Under the pieces are notes generated by a model, which was not told the origin of the DNA, searched no databases, and saw only the letters and a list, made by a program, of their open reading frames with translations. 64,000 nt of DNA, taken from Octopus bimaculoides. Taxonomy: Eukaryota. The translations under genes were made by a program, and so were the position numbers. Of this stretch, positions 13,140 to 26,562 are shown piece by piece; the stretch's first letter is position 1, and every line of letters begins with the position of its first letter. The stretch lies in NCBI RefSeq assembly GCF_001194135.2, contig NC_068991.1, forward strand, positions 54,352,425-54,416,424. The letters are read 5' to 3'.

Positions 13140-13455
13140 GAAGGCGCATGGCTCAGTGGTTAGAGCGTCAGGCTCACAATCATGGACCAGGCTGTACGTT
13201 GTGTTATTCAGCAAGACATTTTATTTCATGTCATCCAGTTCACTCATCTGTAGAAATGGTGGTGCCAAGTTGTATCGGCCTTTGCCTTTCCCTTGGATAA
13301 CATCTGTGGCGTAGAGTGGGGAAGCTGGTATGCATGGGTGACTGCTGGTCTTCCATAAACAACCTTGCCCAGACTTGTGCCTAGAATCAGAACTTTCTAG
13401 GTGCAGTTCCATGGTCATTCATGGCCGAAGTGGGGTCTTTACCCTTTACCCTCTT
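13140..13455 (+). mobile_element. SINE-D (tRNA-like head, central conserved block)
   Basis: GAAGGCGCATGGCTCAGTGGTTAGAGCG head. CAAGACATTTTATTTCA..CCAGTTCACTCA block is shared with 23703, 25400, 27927, 45499 and 59889. Confidence 0.75.
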
Positions 13456-13957
13456 ACCGTACCCTGTACGGTAATTTAAATTACATTTCCTGTTTTCTAC
13501 ATTACCAATGTAACACGAACTAAAATGAGTTTCACTTACTCAAATATTTCCAGCAAATATCCTTTCTTTTTAAAAATCTTTTTTTCTGAAAATGTTCTTT
13601 TATAGCATAAATAATGTCATATAAGTAATAGGCACTTATTTACTGCGTACTGAAGAGATTCACTTAAATCGAAATATCAGTCTGAAATGAGAAAAACGAC
13701 AAATTAAACAAATATTAAAAAATTAGATGATGTACTCCACTCCGGTTATTTTACACCACTAACTAGAAAACAGAGAATTGATTTCTTTGCAAGAAGGTCT
13801 TTCCCTTTCAATTAAAAGAAAACCAATGAAATAAGAGTTTATAAGGCTATTTAAATTTTAATTGAAGAATTATGACCTTCCCTCAGAAAATGCACGATGC
13901 TAATTGTGCGGAAGTAGTCGAAGTCGGTTGCTCAGCCATGCACGTAGAAGGAGGAGG

Positions 13958-14220
13958 AGGAGGAGGATAGGAAGTAGAAGAAGAAATTTCAGGAAAAAAA
14001 TAAGCCATATATAATAATGATGATAATGATAGTAATAATAACAACAACAACAACAATAATAATAATGACAAGGGCAATGATATAATGATGATGCTGATAA
14101 TGATGTGCATGTTGAAGATGATGGTGGTAGTGTAAAGGAAGAAAGGGAATGAGAACGCCGAGCCTGATAATGACGATGACGACAAGAACGGAGGAGGAGG
14201 AGGAGGAGGAGGAGGAGGAA
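13958..14220. repeat. Compound trinucleotide tract (GGA/GAA/AAT/AAC/GAT)
   Basis: Direct inspection. Confidence 0.9.
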
Positions 14221-14567
14221 GTCTCAGTAAAAATTGTTCAAATTGAATGTCTTCTTAGCAACAGCTCACACGGAGAGTCGACCTGCTAAAATAGCAACAA
14301 AAACTTCTCCAGTAGGGAAGAAAATAAACTGGAACAGTTTCAACCAATCCTTACATCTGTACGTTAATGCAATATTAAATATACATTGCTTTTACACAAC
14401 TAATGAACAACAAACCTATTAGTCAGACATTTCCAACAAACGTCTTGTCATCCAACCCAATGGAGTGTCTATGTTTATATGATAACATCTAGAAGGTTAG
14501 CTTTCTTTCACCTGCTTCAGTCATTGGAATGTGGCAATGCTGGAGCACCGCCTTGAAGGGTTTAGAT

Positions 14568-14880
14568 CAGTGGTTCCCAAACTTTTTCGGGCTGCCGCCC
14601 CCCACCCCACTTAGCACCAGGCCACATTCCTAGCGCCCCTACCCCAAATTAACCATCACAAACAGACCTCTTTCTGAAGCAAATTCAAAGCAATTGTATT
14701 TCACAAATAAAACTTAACCTAATGAACCCATCATTTTGTTTTTACATGAATCACTACCCCATTATCACCCCACGTTTTACATGAATCGCTACTCCATTAT
14801 CGTCCCACTTTTCTTCAACGCCCCCTTGGAACTTTCCACCGCCCGCAAGGGGACAATACCGCTCACTTTGGGAACCACTG
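14568..14880. mobile_element. hAT (Charlie-type) MITE, 313 bp
   Basis: Perfect 14-bp TIRs CAGTGGTTCCCAAA / TTTGGGAACCACTG, with 8-bp TSD GTTTAGAT / GTTTAGAC. Confidence 0.9.
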
Positions 14881-14991
14881 GTTTAGACGAACAAATCGCC
14901 ACTTGCTTCAGTCATTGGAATGCGACAATGCTGGGGCACCACCTTGACGGGTTTAGGCGAACAAATCGCCCTTAGGACGATTAAACAAATA

Positions 14992-16060
14992 CAGTTATGT
15001 CAAATGCCACGCAACCTAAATTCTGGATTTATTATAGCTATCTCCATCTCTAAAGGATGTGTCACAATTACCAAATGGCAATTAAGACCAGTCCCACTTA
15101 AAAAGGGGGAACTAATCTCAGAATTCGAGAATTTTCTCCAAAGTTGACATGTCATTAAAGAAAATGACAGGTTTATTGTCTGGAGACAAGCAGACAGTCT
15201 TGGACATGTGTTTGTGGCTCAATACAGCCATCAGCCTTTTTTTATTTTTTGTATGTCTAATTTATTGGTTACTGGAGATAAGGCCGGACAATTATCGCGC
15301 TAAGTCTTCCCTATAACCATCAAGCAATACCATTACAAACCTTTTAACTTTCGTTCTTCGTTAAAAAATTGGGTTCTGAAAGTACTCCAAAGCACAGTTT
15401 ATTTCACTAAGGCTTTTAGATAAGATCGCTGTTGTTAAATCCACTTGTAGAGGTGTCTCTTTATCGATATAGTAACCCGATACTTGCGGTTCGTAGGTGA
15501 AGTTCTCATTTACGAATATTATTTGCATTAGCTTCTTTAAAACCTGCTTCCGGCGCCATTTGTACAAGACCGTTGCTGATCGAGATTGTTTCATTCTCTG
15601 TCTTATGACCTTCCTTGATTACATTTGGACACAAAAACGTTCAAACTCCAATGTTGAACTAGCTTCTTCCCACACATCTTCCATATATTTTTTGGCTCCT
15701 TCCATAATGTTATAATTTTTCCAGAATTCTTTGGCAAACTGCTGTTTATCGTCCATCGCAACAATCAGCCGACATCTAAGATAATATTCTTTGAATTTGG
15801 AAATAATTTCATGAGCTTTACGCTGCAGTTGAGTGTGTTTGGAGGAATTAAAACGATTGCAAAAGATATTTCGAACTTTTGAAGAGAATCAAGATGGAAC
15901 GTTGTCCAAAAACAGATGTATTATCTTGGGTTCGAAATTATTCTTAGCGTCGTAATATTTGACTGCATGGAAGAAATGTTCTGGGATTTTTTTTAGCTTC
16001 TAAAACCTATACTCCAAAATTTTTTCGGACACGTCAACAACTGTGAGAAAATTATCCAAT
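14992..16060 (-). mobile_element. Decayed Tigger/pogo-type DDE transposase remnant
   Basis: Minus-strand translation with stops and frameshifts: FFHAVKYYDAKNNFEPKIIHLFLDNVPS*...EIISKFKEYYLRCRLIVAMDDKQQFAKEFWKNYNIMEGAKKYMEDVWEE / LCPNVI...GLVQMAPEAGF. This parallels Tigger-family transposases. TA|CAGT at 14990-14995 is a possible end. Confidence 0.8.
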
Positions 16061-16087
16061 GACACCAGTCAAGCAGGGCCTGATTCA

Positions 16088-16254
16088 CAGTAGCGTGGCT
16101 AGAGTGTTTGCTGTCCAGGGCAGCCCCAGACTTTATCACCCCAACCTGAGGGTGGGGAGAGGCAACGCTTATACAGGCTTATGCATTAGACCCACAAGTA
16201 AAAATGTCGCCTGGAGTAGACTCTTCCCTGTGACCCTGCTCATCTACGCTACTG
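16088..16254. mobile_element. Short GC-rich MITE
   Basis: TIRs CAGTAGCGTGG / CTACGCTACTG. Flanks TCA / TCG are a possible 3-bp TSD with one mismatch. Confidence 0.55.
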
Positions 16255-16364
16255 TCGAAACTCTCATATACAATAAATATACCTTCAGCCTTGACGCTTT
16301 CCACTCCTCTCACTTCTTACCTCAGTACTTGCTCTCTCAACTTCTAATATTACTGGCTGACTGA

Positions 16365-16551
16365 AGGCAGCGAGCTGGCAGAATCATTAGCACGCGAGGC
16401 AAAATGCTTAGCGGCACTTCATTCGTCTTTACGTTCTGAGTTCAAATTCCACCAAGGTCGACTTTACCTTTCATCCTTTCAGAGTCGATATAACCGACAT
16501 AACGCCCTACTCTCCAATGAAATTGCTCACCTTGGGCCAAAATTTGAAACC
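16365..16551 (+). mobile_element. SINE-A with perfect 19-bp flanking duplication
   Basis: AATATTACTGGCTGACTGA at 16346-16364 and 16552-16570. Confidence 0.9.
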
Positions 16552-17989
16552 AATATTACTGGCTGACTGATCACCCCCTTTAATTTCTGCTGTTTTGGTG
16601 TCACCACAATTTGACGTCCGTCAACTCCTGGTCATCACCCCTCAATCAAACCTACAAATATCAAAATGAAATCGAATGTTACGGATTTACTTGACTATCA
16701 CCAACATCAACAGAGTCAAACGCACTGCAGTGCTTAGTCTACTCCAAAGCTCAATGTTATAAAAAGAATTATTATCATCTTTAAAATTTTCAAATATTCT
16801 GTCGAATATATATTATTAGCATGCATTCAGAGTTGGAGTCCAATTAGAGGCACGACTAAAACCAATTCCGTTTAGTCAAATCAGCGTTCCTAAGGAAATC
16901 TATTTCCACCAACGAAAAAGAAGCATATTAAGCCATAAAAGGTATGGTTTGTCTCTCTTTCACTTTGTCTCTATGGGAGTTCTTTGTACAAATTTACGTA
17001 CGTGTTCGTCCGAATGGATTCCATTGATATAAATAGTACTGAAAGGGATTGCAAGTGAAACAGAGTAATCTTTTCTAGAACTGTAAGCATTCATTTGAAC
17101 AGATATCTACCTCCTTTCTCACTCTAAGAACTCTTACTTAATGGAACTACACACACATAGAGATTGATATGCACATACCTTGTAGATGAGTTTTATCCAC
17201 ATACCCTGCTAACATCTCATATTCCTTCCTTTCTTAATTGTTAATAAAGTTGTTATAAAGTATATCCCCACCCATCCACTTTTATCAATTTACTTTGGAC
17301 TACATTAAGAATAATTAGAAATAATTGCACAGGTCTGAAAAAAGAGACGGGAGTAGCCCTAACCGCTTTGGTCCTCCTCTCCGATTTCCAAGTTTTGTGT
17401 AACTTGATCTTTCTGAGGTTAAGGAAACGTCAACATGGAGGAAATGACAATGCATTTAGGGTGGAATTTGTCAGTAAATAGATGTGGTACGTAGTTAGTA
17501 GTTCAGATCAGACGAGGAGGAGCTGTTGTAGTAGTCACAGAAAGGGAAGATGACAGACGTGGCAATTAATCATCAGTTGTAGCATGTCGGTGACTTGTAG
17601 CTTACCTTTCAGTCATCTGGTCTTTCTGGATGCAGTCCAACAGGATGATATATACATCATCGTCGTCGTTGTCATTATTCTGAATATGTTTGTGTTATTT
17701 TAATGTGAAGTGAGTACTTGTGCTTTATAGATCTTCAGAATCGTTAAGAGATTAAATATATATTTTTCTGAAGAGAAAGCCCAGCATTATGTATAAACAG
17801 TCGTTTGGATTTCTTCCATCATATTTGATGTATTGAATCAGAGTGAATCGTCCATTAATCAGCAAATTCAGAAAGGTTACTTTTCTCACTGATGGAGTTT
17901 ACTACTGCAAGTTACAATAGTTACTTGTAAAAAGGGAAAGGTGGGAGAGATTGTGTTGAGAACACACTCCAAGGAGTGTATTGATTGCG

Positions 17990-18245
17990 GGGCGATACAT
18001 GGAATACTTATCTGGTCTGATCACTGATTTTTCTGTTTCAAATAGTCAATATTTGAAATTGATGAAACACTTAGCTCCTGAATTGACGAGAATCTCTGTT
18101 CCCTGGTTGCCTATTGTTGAAATCAGTCAACAATTCAAACAATTCTGCAAACGTCTAATCAAATAATTCCTAATTCCATATGGAATAGAAAAACTCCGTA
18201 AAACTGCTTTGTTGTATTAATCTACATTTTGTGATGAAACTGAGT
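17990..18245 (+). mobile_element. Highly decayed RLE-LINE C-terminal fragment
   Basis: Reads LMKHLAPELTRISVPWLPIVEI...IPYGIEKLRKTALLY, loosely matching KY.DL..E..R...PIV...IE.LQK.ALL. Confidence 0.35.
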
Positions 18246-18429
18246 GAATGTTAAGATTAGAGAACATATTCTGGAAGCTGGTTCAACTATTAATTCTGTT
18301 TTGTAACCTATTGTACTTGAGCAAATTCTTGTCGGCATTGGCATTAATTCAACAACGTAAATTATATCAACATTTATCAAGAAGTATCAGCTTAATTTTT
18401 TATATTTCATTTATCATTTTTTTTTTTTC

Positions 18430-19104
18430 ACTTTTTTCAGTCATTAGACTGCGGCCATACTGGAACACCGCCTTGAAAAGTTTTAGTCGAACAAATCTAC
18501 CCCAGTACTTATTTTGGTTTTTGTTTTTATAAAGCCTATCATACCGATTCAGCCGGTCTCTTTTATCGAACCGCTAAGTTACGGGGACGTAAATTCACTA
18601 AAAATGGTTGTCAAGTGGTGGTGGGAGACAAACACAGATACAAAGACACGTACACATGAATATATATATATATATATATANNNNNNNNNNNNNNNNNNNN
18701 NNNNNNNNNNNNNNNNNNNNNNNNNNNNNNNNNNNNNNNNNNNNNNNNNNNNNNNNNNNNNNNNNNNNNNNNNNNNNNNNNNNNNNNNNNNNNNNNNNNN
18801 NNNNNNNNNNNNNNNNNNNNNNNNNNNNNNNNNNNNNNNNNNNNNNNNNNNNNNNNNNNNNNNNNNNNNNNNNNNNNNNNNNNNTTGATCCTTTATATTG
18901 AACACTCAATATTTCATCTACATTCAATACTTTATTTCATGGTGCCATCCATTTTTATTTTATTTTATTTTATATTATATGTTATATTATATATTGTATA
19001 TTATATTATATATTGTATATTCCATATTCTATACCGCACATTAGTTCTGCAGGAATATAAATAAAACATAAAAAACAGACAGTGTTGGAACTCTTTTAAG
19101 CAAA

Positions 19105-19142
<38 letters not shown>

Positions 19143-19300
19143 CACACGACGGACTTCTTTCAGCGTGTGTCTACCAAATCCACTCACAAGGACTTGGTCG
19201 GCCCGGGACTATTGTTGAAGACATTTTTCCAAGATGCCACGCTGTGGGGCTGAACCCGGAAACATGTGGTTGGAAAGCAAGCTTTTTACCACACAGCCAT
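18430..19300 (-). mobile_element. SINE-B tail (18430-18660) and head (19140-19300) separated by (TA)n, a gap and other sequence
   Basis: Family-B motifs on both sides, CpG-rich. May be one interrupted copy or two copies. Confidence 0.7.
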
Positions 19301-19860
19301 AGACTTATATTTCTTGTTATGCAATAGGTGAATAATATACCATTTTCAAAAATTGATTTTTCATACATAAAGCGAGGAGCGCTCCTACAAGTATAAGTCC
19401 TGATGCTTGTGGTATTTTGTTACTTCTGGTAATCAGTGACTGAGAGCAACCATTTTGTTTTACCGATCTATTTTGATAATACCAACTGTTACTAAAAGTA
19501 GTCACATCACACTCAAATAATGCTTACCGTCCTAAATAATAAAAAAGACATGTAAAATAACGTAGTCTTACATACCTGAAAATGCTTTTAAAAATGTTTT
19601 GTTGTTTTTTTACTCAGTGCACTTTGTTAGGCTCCACATTATGATATATTATTCATGCAGAAGGTGCCCCTGAGAGATTTCACCATGTCATTATATTAAC
19701 ATAATAGTTTGCCAGATGGACATTAGAATGAATAACACTGAGCAAGAATTGTTCAACGTTTCTACAAAAGAAAATACATAAGATTGTTAGAAACATTAAT
19801 GAAAGTCTAGCGTATATGAGTAAGCGTATATATATATATGCGTGTATGTGTGTGTGTGTC

Positions 19861-19922
<62 letters not shown>

Positions 19923-20955
19923 NNNNNNNNNNNNNNNNNNNNNNNNNNNNNNNNNNNNNNNNNNNNNNNNNNNNNNNNNNNNNNNNNNNNNNNNNNNNNN
20001 NNNNNNNNNNNNNNNNNNNNNNNNNNNNNNNNNNNNNNNNNNNNNNNNNNNNNNNNNNNNNNNNNNNNNNNNNNNNNNNNNNNNNNNNNNNNNNNNNNNN
20101 NNNNNNNNNNNNNNNNNNNNNNNNNNNNNNNNNNNNNNNNNNNNNNNNNNNNNNNNNNNNNNNNNNNNNNNNNNNNNNNNNNNNNNNNNNNNNNNNNNNN
20201 NNNNNNNNNNNNNNNNNNNNNNNNNNNNNNNNNNNNNNNNNNNNNNNNNNNNNNNNNNNNNNNNNNNNNNNNNNNNNNNNNNNNNNNNNNNNNNNNNNNN
20301 NNNNNNNNNNNNNNNNNNNNNNNNNNNNNNNNNNNNNNNNNNNNNNNNNNNNNNNNNNNNNNNNNNNNNNNNNNNNNNNNNNNNNNNNNNNNNNNNNNNN
20401 NNNNNNNNNNNNNNNNNNNNNNNNNNNNNNNNNNNNNNNNNNNNNNNNNNNNNNNNNNNNNNNNNNNNNNNNNNNNNNNNNNNNNNNNNNNNNNNNNNNN
20501 NNNNNNNNNNNNNNNNNNNNNNNNNNNNNNNNNNNNNNNNNNNNNNNNNNNNNNNNNNNNNNNNNNNNNNNNNNNNNNNNNNNNNNNNNNNNNNNNNNNN
20601 NNNNNNNNNNNNNNNNNNNNNNNNNNNNNNNNNNNNNNNNNNNNNNNNNNNNNNNNNNNNNNNNNNNNNNNNNNNNNNNNNNNNNNNNNNNNNNNNNNNN
20701 NNNNNNNNNNNNNNNNNNNNNNNNNNNNNNNNNNNNNNNNNNNNNNNNNNNNNNNNNNNNNNNNNNNNNNNNNNNNNNNNNNNNNNNNNNNNNNNNNNNN
20801 NNNNNNNNNNNNNNNNNNNNNNNNNNNNNNNNNNNNNNNNNNNNNNNNNNNNNNNNNNNNNNNNNNNNNNNNNNNNNNNNNNNNNNNNNNNNTATATATA
20901 TATATATATATACTTATGCATACATATAAATATATATACATATATATATACAAAT

Positions 20956-20986
<31 letters not shown>

Positions 20987-21469
20987 CATATATATATATA
21001 TTATATATATACATATATATATATATATATACATATATATACAAAAACATATGTATGTATATGTATACAAATACATATATACATATATATATGCATACAT
21101 ATATACATGCATATATATATATTCATATATGTACATATATACATACATATATATACATGTGTGTGTGTGTAATGCTATTCCACCTACGTACCATCCTACA
21201 CCACTATATTCCTGTCCTTGCACATCTCCACATTCCTATATACACCCAAATAAATTGCATGTAATTTCTTACACGGTTACCTAGCTCTACATGCACTCAC
21301 TACCCAGCCTCCTCATCCTTCCCGCTTTGTAGCCCCCCCCCCTTACCCAATAGAACCCTGTTCTCATCTGACCCTTAACTCCTTTTTCCTCTTTTTCAGA
21401 ATCACTCTTTCTCACTCTATCATTTTGATAATTTCATTAAAAATGCTAATGTTATAGTTACGAAAATAT

Positions 21470-21843
21470 TGTACTGGGGTGAGCTTTGCCTTTCATCCTT
21501 TCGACGTCAATTAAATAAGTACCAGTTAAGAACTGAAGTCGATGTAATCGACTTACCCCTCCATCCCAGCCGCAAAATGTCAGGACTTGTGTCTATAGCA
21601 GAAAAAATTATTATTTACAAAACAAGGCAGCGAGCTGGCAGAATCGTTATTACGCTGGTCAAAATGGTTAGCGACATTTCTTTCGGCTTTACGTTTTGAT
21701 TTCAAATTCCACGGAAGTCGATCTTTCATCCTCTCGGAATCGATAAAATAAGTACCAGTTAAACACTGGAGTCAATGCAATCGACTAGTCACCTCCCTTA
21801 AAAAATTTCAGGCGTTATGCTTATAGTAGAAAGGATTATTATT
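21470..21843 (+). mobile_element. Tandem pair of SINE-A (5'-truncated 21470-21613, full 21625-21843)
   Basis: Both carry AAATAAGTACCAGTT...ATCGACT and end in ATTATT. The second has the AGGCAGCGAGCTGGCAGAATCG head. Confidence 0.8.
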
Positions 21844-22865
21844 AATTGAACATTATTTCGGAAGTTATCAAAGTGAAATTGCAAGTTATATAAAGATTTT
21901 CGTGTTTTCCATCGTATTTATAAATGTATTAAGACCTTTCCTTTTCCCCGTTCTGCTTAAAACAGCTTAAAACTAACCTCTTACTTCAACCCGTTTATAT
22001 CTGAATTCACTCTCATTCGCTCTTTTCCTGTTATCTGCAATGATGATATGATTAACACCTCATCCTTCCACTCACTTTCATTTTACTTTTACAGTCACTC
22101 TCTATTTGCTAGTTGACATTCTTCTTCATCTACACTGTCTCTTACCGTGATTGCAAACATACACACTGCTAATTATCAGATGTGGAGTACAGAAGATGAG
22201 TACAAAAGACAATTCTGGACATGTTTTGGTCCTATTAGACCTTCTCTCTTATTCCTTGTATTTTTAAAATTTAAACACATTCTTATTCTGAACTCTCCCC
22301 GGATGCAAAATTAAAAGAGACAATATCACCGGACACTTTATTTGTCATATCAACGAATCTCAGCTTAATTAGTTGTAACAAAGGATTGAAAACGATAACT
22401 TACTGCACTCTACTTATTACATATTTACCATATAGAAAACAGTGGCGTCCATTAGTTTTATAACCTTTAGTTTTTTTGCAAACTAAATCGCCTGGTTATT
22501 ATTGTTGTTGTTGAGCCCCGGGTCCGTTCTTGTCGAATAAACCGTGATTCAAAGCATTTCATAACTACCCCATCATTCTTTTCCTAAGCTCACTGAACAG
22601 TGACTGCAGGTCTGGATTATCTAAAACAGTAAGGTATAGATTGAGAGAAATTTTGCTTCTATTTCTAGTATAGTGAGTACGGCACAAAATCTCTCTTGTT
22701 GACTCTAAACTGCTCAATTTACAACAGGCGTTTTTTCAGGACATTCAAAAGGTTGTTGGAAAGTCATTCTATCGTAAGTTTATTAACTCCACAATCTTTT
22801 TTCCCGTTAAGTTTGTAGAAAATGGTTCATTAGCAATATTATTTTCCAAAGAACACTTCCAAACA

Positions 22866-22955
22866 GTTGATGTTGCTTAAGGGAAACAATCTTTTGTTGA
22901 TGTTGCTCAAGAGAAACATTCTTTTGTTGATTTTGCTTAAGAGAAATATCCTGTT
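22866..22955. repeat. 3 x 30-bp tandem repeat GTTGATGTTGCTTAAG(G/A)GAAACA(A/T)TCTTTT
   Basis: Unit starts at 22866, 22896 and 22926. Confidence 0.8.
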
Positions 22956-23702
22956 GTTATTTAAGAATCCTTGTAATCTCATTGTAAGTCAGTTCTCATT
23001 GTGAGTTATAAGTGAGTTATCCTTGACGACATCGTAGAAACGATATTTGGTGAATCGGTATTTAACTAATTGAATTTACAGACACAATAGAAGTCTAATA
23101 ATGAATCGGAAATATTACATTATCTTCTTCATTGAACTGCAAATATCGTCTTTGCTATTTTACTGCATATTCTTTCAATGCAAAATGGTGCAAAAGATTT
23201 ACTTTCAAGTCAGTTATGAAATCATTTCTTTTGAGTTGAAGAATACATCTCTGAAGTTTTGAGGATTTTCGGGCAACGTTCTTCGACAGTGAAATTTATA
23301 CCTATATTTGTGAAAATTCGGGAACACTTGTTAAATAGTAAAAAGAGGTAAACTAGCAGAATCGTCAGGGCGTCGGAAAGAAATGCCTGAAGTTTCTAAT
23401 TATGGTTCTTTATGTTTTTAGTTTATATTCTGCAAGGCCAATTTGGCTTCTTAATCTTCTTGGATCAATAAAATAAGATCAATAAATGAGCACAGGTATA
23501 GCTGTATGGTTAACAAGTTCGCTTCACAGCCCTGCATTACAAATGCAATCACATTGTGCTGGACCTTGCGCATATGTTTTCTATTTATGTCTTAGGTTTA
23601 TCGATATCTTGTGAGTGAAATTTAGTAAACAGAAACTGTGTGGAAGGTTGTTATAGACGCGCGCGAGCACACACACACACACACACACACGCATAATTTG
23701 GT

Positions 23703-24010
23703 ACTTCGTCGGTTACGACGACGAGTGTTCCAGTTGATCCGATCAAAGGAACAGCCTGCTCGTGATATCAACGTGCAAGTGGTTGAGCACTCCACAAACA
23801 CACGTACCCTTAACGTAGTTCTCAGGAAGATTCAGGGTGGCATAGAATGTCACAAGGATGATCTTTTGATTTACATGCAGAACTGATTTTTCCCAGTTGA
23901 GTGGACTGGAGCAACGTGAAATAGTGTGTTGCTCAAGGACACAACGCGCCACCGGGAATTGAACTCACAACCTTACGATCGTGAGGTGAATGCCTTAGCT
24001 ACGCGCCTTC
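23703..24010 (-). mobile_element. SINE-D, CpG-rich
   Basis: Reverse-complement head GAAGGCGCGTAGCTAAGG. 18 CpG counted. Confidence 0.8.
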
Positions 24011-24449
24011 ACACACACGCGCACCATATATATGCGTATATTTTTCACTTATGTACATCATTGGTGGGAGTAACCAGATCTTCACAGACGATACCTCTTT
24101 TTCATATTTGTTCTGCAACTTGGCCATTCTTCCTTTGTCTTCGTCGGGGATGCAATAAGCTAATGACCGGTCTTTGGAAACCTAGAATCAATGATTCTAT
24201 TCTTCCCAAACTATGATAGTAAAATAAAAAAATAAGTAAGAAGTACCAGATTAATTTAATATTCCTTTAAGTTATCCTAGATATGAATAAAATTATAATA
24301 ACAGACAGAATCTGAAACTTTGTGAAATGGTTTCCATTTTCATCTACTTGCTCACTCTTATTTATTTCTTCTTCAATATGCCGCTGTTTTGTTTTTACTA
24401 TACCTTTGTGCTTAAAGAGATTTCAACTGTATACCTCTCTATCCCCCCC

Positions 24450-24500
<51 letters not shown>

Positions 24501-25399
24501 NNNNNNNNNNTGTACGTGTGTGTGCGTGTGTGTGTGTGTGTGCCTGCGTGTGTGTGGCGTTCAAAAACAAAGAGTTAGATGCACACATGCTTGCATTTAT
24601 TTTCTGATGACTTCTACATCTGATTAACAGCAAGTGCACAGGCCAACCTGGAAGCTAATAGTTTATTGAATACGTAAATCCATAGCCTTTATTTGCACAT
24701 TTAGAAGCCATGGTTGAGTACAATCTGGAATGTATCCAAATATTGCTGTTAGCAATGGTGTGCTGCAAATACGATGCTTATATTTTTCATGGCTGTTTTC
24801 AGCTGCGCATCATCCACAATTTAGTTAACTGCACAAGGTCTCGCAACATTTTTTTTTTTTACGCAAGTAAAAAAAACCTTATAGTTTTATTACGAAGAGA
24901 ATATTGATAAGTACACTCTCATGATGACTATCTTCTGATGTATATTTGTCAATATTTCGAGTTGCTTCACCTGCCTCTGGCAACTTGCCAAAACAACATA
25001 TTATGTTAGAATTTCAAACGCTATAAAGAAATGGCATCCACGATGATTATTGCTATTTTTTGTGTTGTTTTATTCCGTTAATAAGCGAGTGATCTTGTTT
25101 CAAAAGAACATATGTTGTGTGTATAACATCAGGTATGCTCCAGTTCACTGTGACTTCTTTGCCTCACGCAACAAATCTTAACATCAAATACCTCTGCATA
25201 GAGGTGAACAATGCAAAAATTATCGCGATCCTTTATGTTAGTTTATGAAAGGCATAACGTATATAGTACAACCAGCTGCCACTCATGAGCGAGTATGGTT
25301 TGGTAACATGTAGTAGCAAGCTTTTGCTAGTTATTTTAGCTGTCTACACTGTCCCAAGCAGATGTAGACACCTTGTCGTATCACTTTACCAAGACCCAG

Positions 25400-25607
25400 T
25401 AGAATATCCAGATTGTGGTAACTGAAGAGAGAAAGCGGGGGTAAATGTAACAGTACCCAGCTGGGACTACGTTTACAACTGAGAAGACTGGAGTAACATA
25501 AAATATAGCGGCTTGCTCAAGGACACAATACATTAACTGGACCAAGAATTGAACACACGGCCTCAGGTGTTTGAGTTGAACACACTAACCACTTGGCCAC
25601 GTGCCTT
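25400..25607 (-). mobile_element. SINE-D, diverged
   Basis: GACTGGAGTAACATAAAAT...TTGCTCAAGGACACAA...GAATTGAAC...GCCACGTGCCTT. Confidence 0.65.
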
Positions 25608-25807
25608 TTATGAAGGTACATGATCTAATACTATTCAATTGTACCTCCTTTACCAGATTAAAATTTGACTGGTGTATAGCTTTTTAAAAAACAATAAAAT
25701 ATCTGTAGGACTCTATCTTTTATTTCAGCAAATTTCCCTCCCAATTTCTGTCTATCAGTCTGACTGTTTGTTTGTCTGTCTGTCTGTCTCTTTCTCTCGT
25801 ATATATG

Positions 25808-25841
<34 letters not shown>

Positions 25842-26527
25842 TTATTTTTTACCAATGATCTGATGAATCCAAAGGCTGCATCATGCACCAGTGTCTGCTT
25901 TCACATGGTTTCTTACAACTGGATACCCTTTCTAATGCAAACCACTTTGCAGCTTTGTTGGGTGCTTTTTTTTCTTTTCATGACACCAGTGTTATTGAGA
26001 TCACTATGCAGCTTGCAAAGTGTACGAACCCCGTGGAAGGCTTTATGTTACGGGATGAGAATGAAGGGCGGAGTCGGTTCTTATAGAAGAGCTGCATGGT
26101 TCCTCACATTTACTCAGGAAGAAAAGGAATGCTCAGAACGAGTGGTGAAGAGATAGACAGAAGTGATAAGGCATCCAGGTCCCTTAAGGCACGAAGTGAG
26201 CAAAGGTAGTTGGGTGAGGACAGCCAGCAACTGCAAAATGTCGGGTAGAGTTTAAGGGTGAATATCAATGAATCATGAGCTGGGAAGGATAGAGGGATAC
26301 AAAAGAGAGAGAGAGAGAGAATGTGTGTGTGTGTGTGTGTGGTGTGCGCGCGTGTATTCTTTTATACACTTCAGCCCAAAGGCTGTGGTCATGCTAGAGC
26401 ACCACCAGTGTAATCACCTTTTCAATGGCCATTCTTATGCGATTAGCTTTTGGTGAAGGAGAGAGTTCGACACTAGTGCCCTCTATATATCATCATCGCC
26501 ATCATCATTTGTGTGTGTGTGTGTGTA

Positions 26528-26562
<35 letters not shown>

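Noticed and set aside
13140-13215. tRNA gene-like heads (also in SINE-A/B copies)
   Set aside because: A/B-box-like motifs continue into SINE bodies, and no complete cloverleaf could be built.
13454-13484. Small hairpin TTACCGTAC-CCT-GTACGGTAA overlapping the palindrome GTAATTTAAATTAC
   Set aside because: A 9-bp stem at a SINE end is compatible with chance or local template switching. It is not a terminator in a eukaryotic intron.
13883-14185. Poly-S/L/P ORF, also the poly-Y/S/V ORFs at 44752-45025 and the poly-N/I ORFs at 59160-59713
   Set aside because: Trinucleotide microsatellite artefacts.
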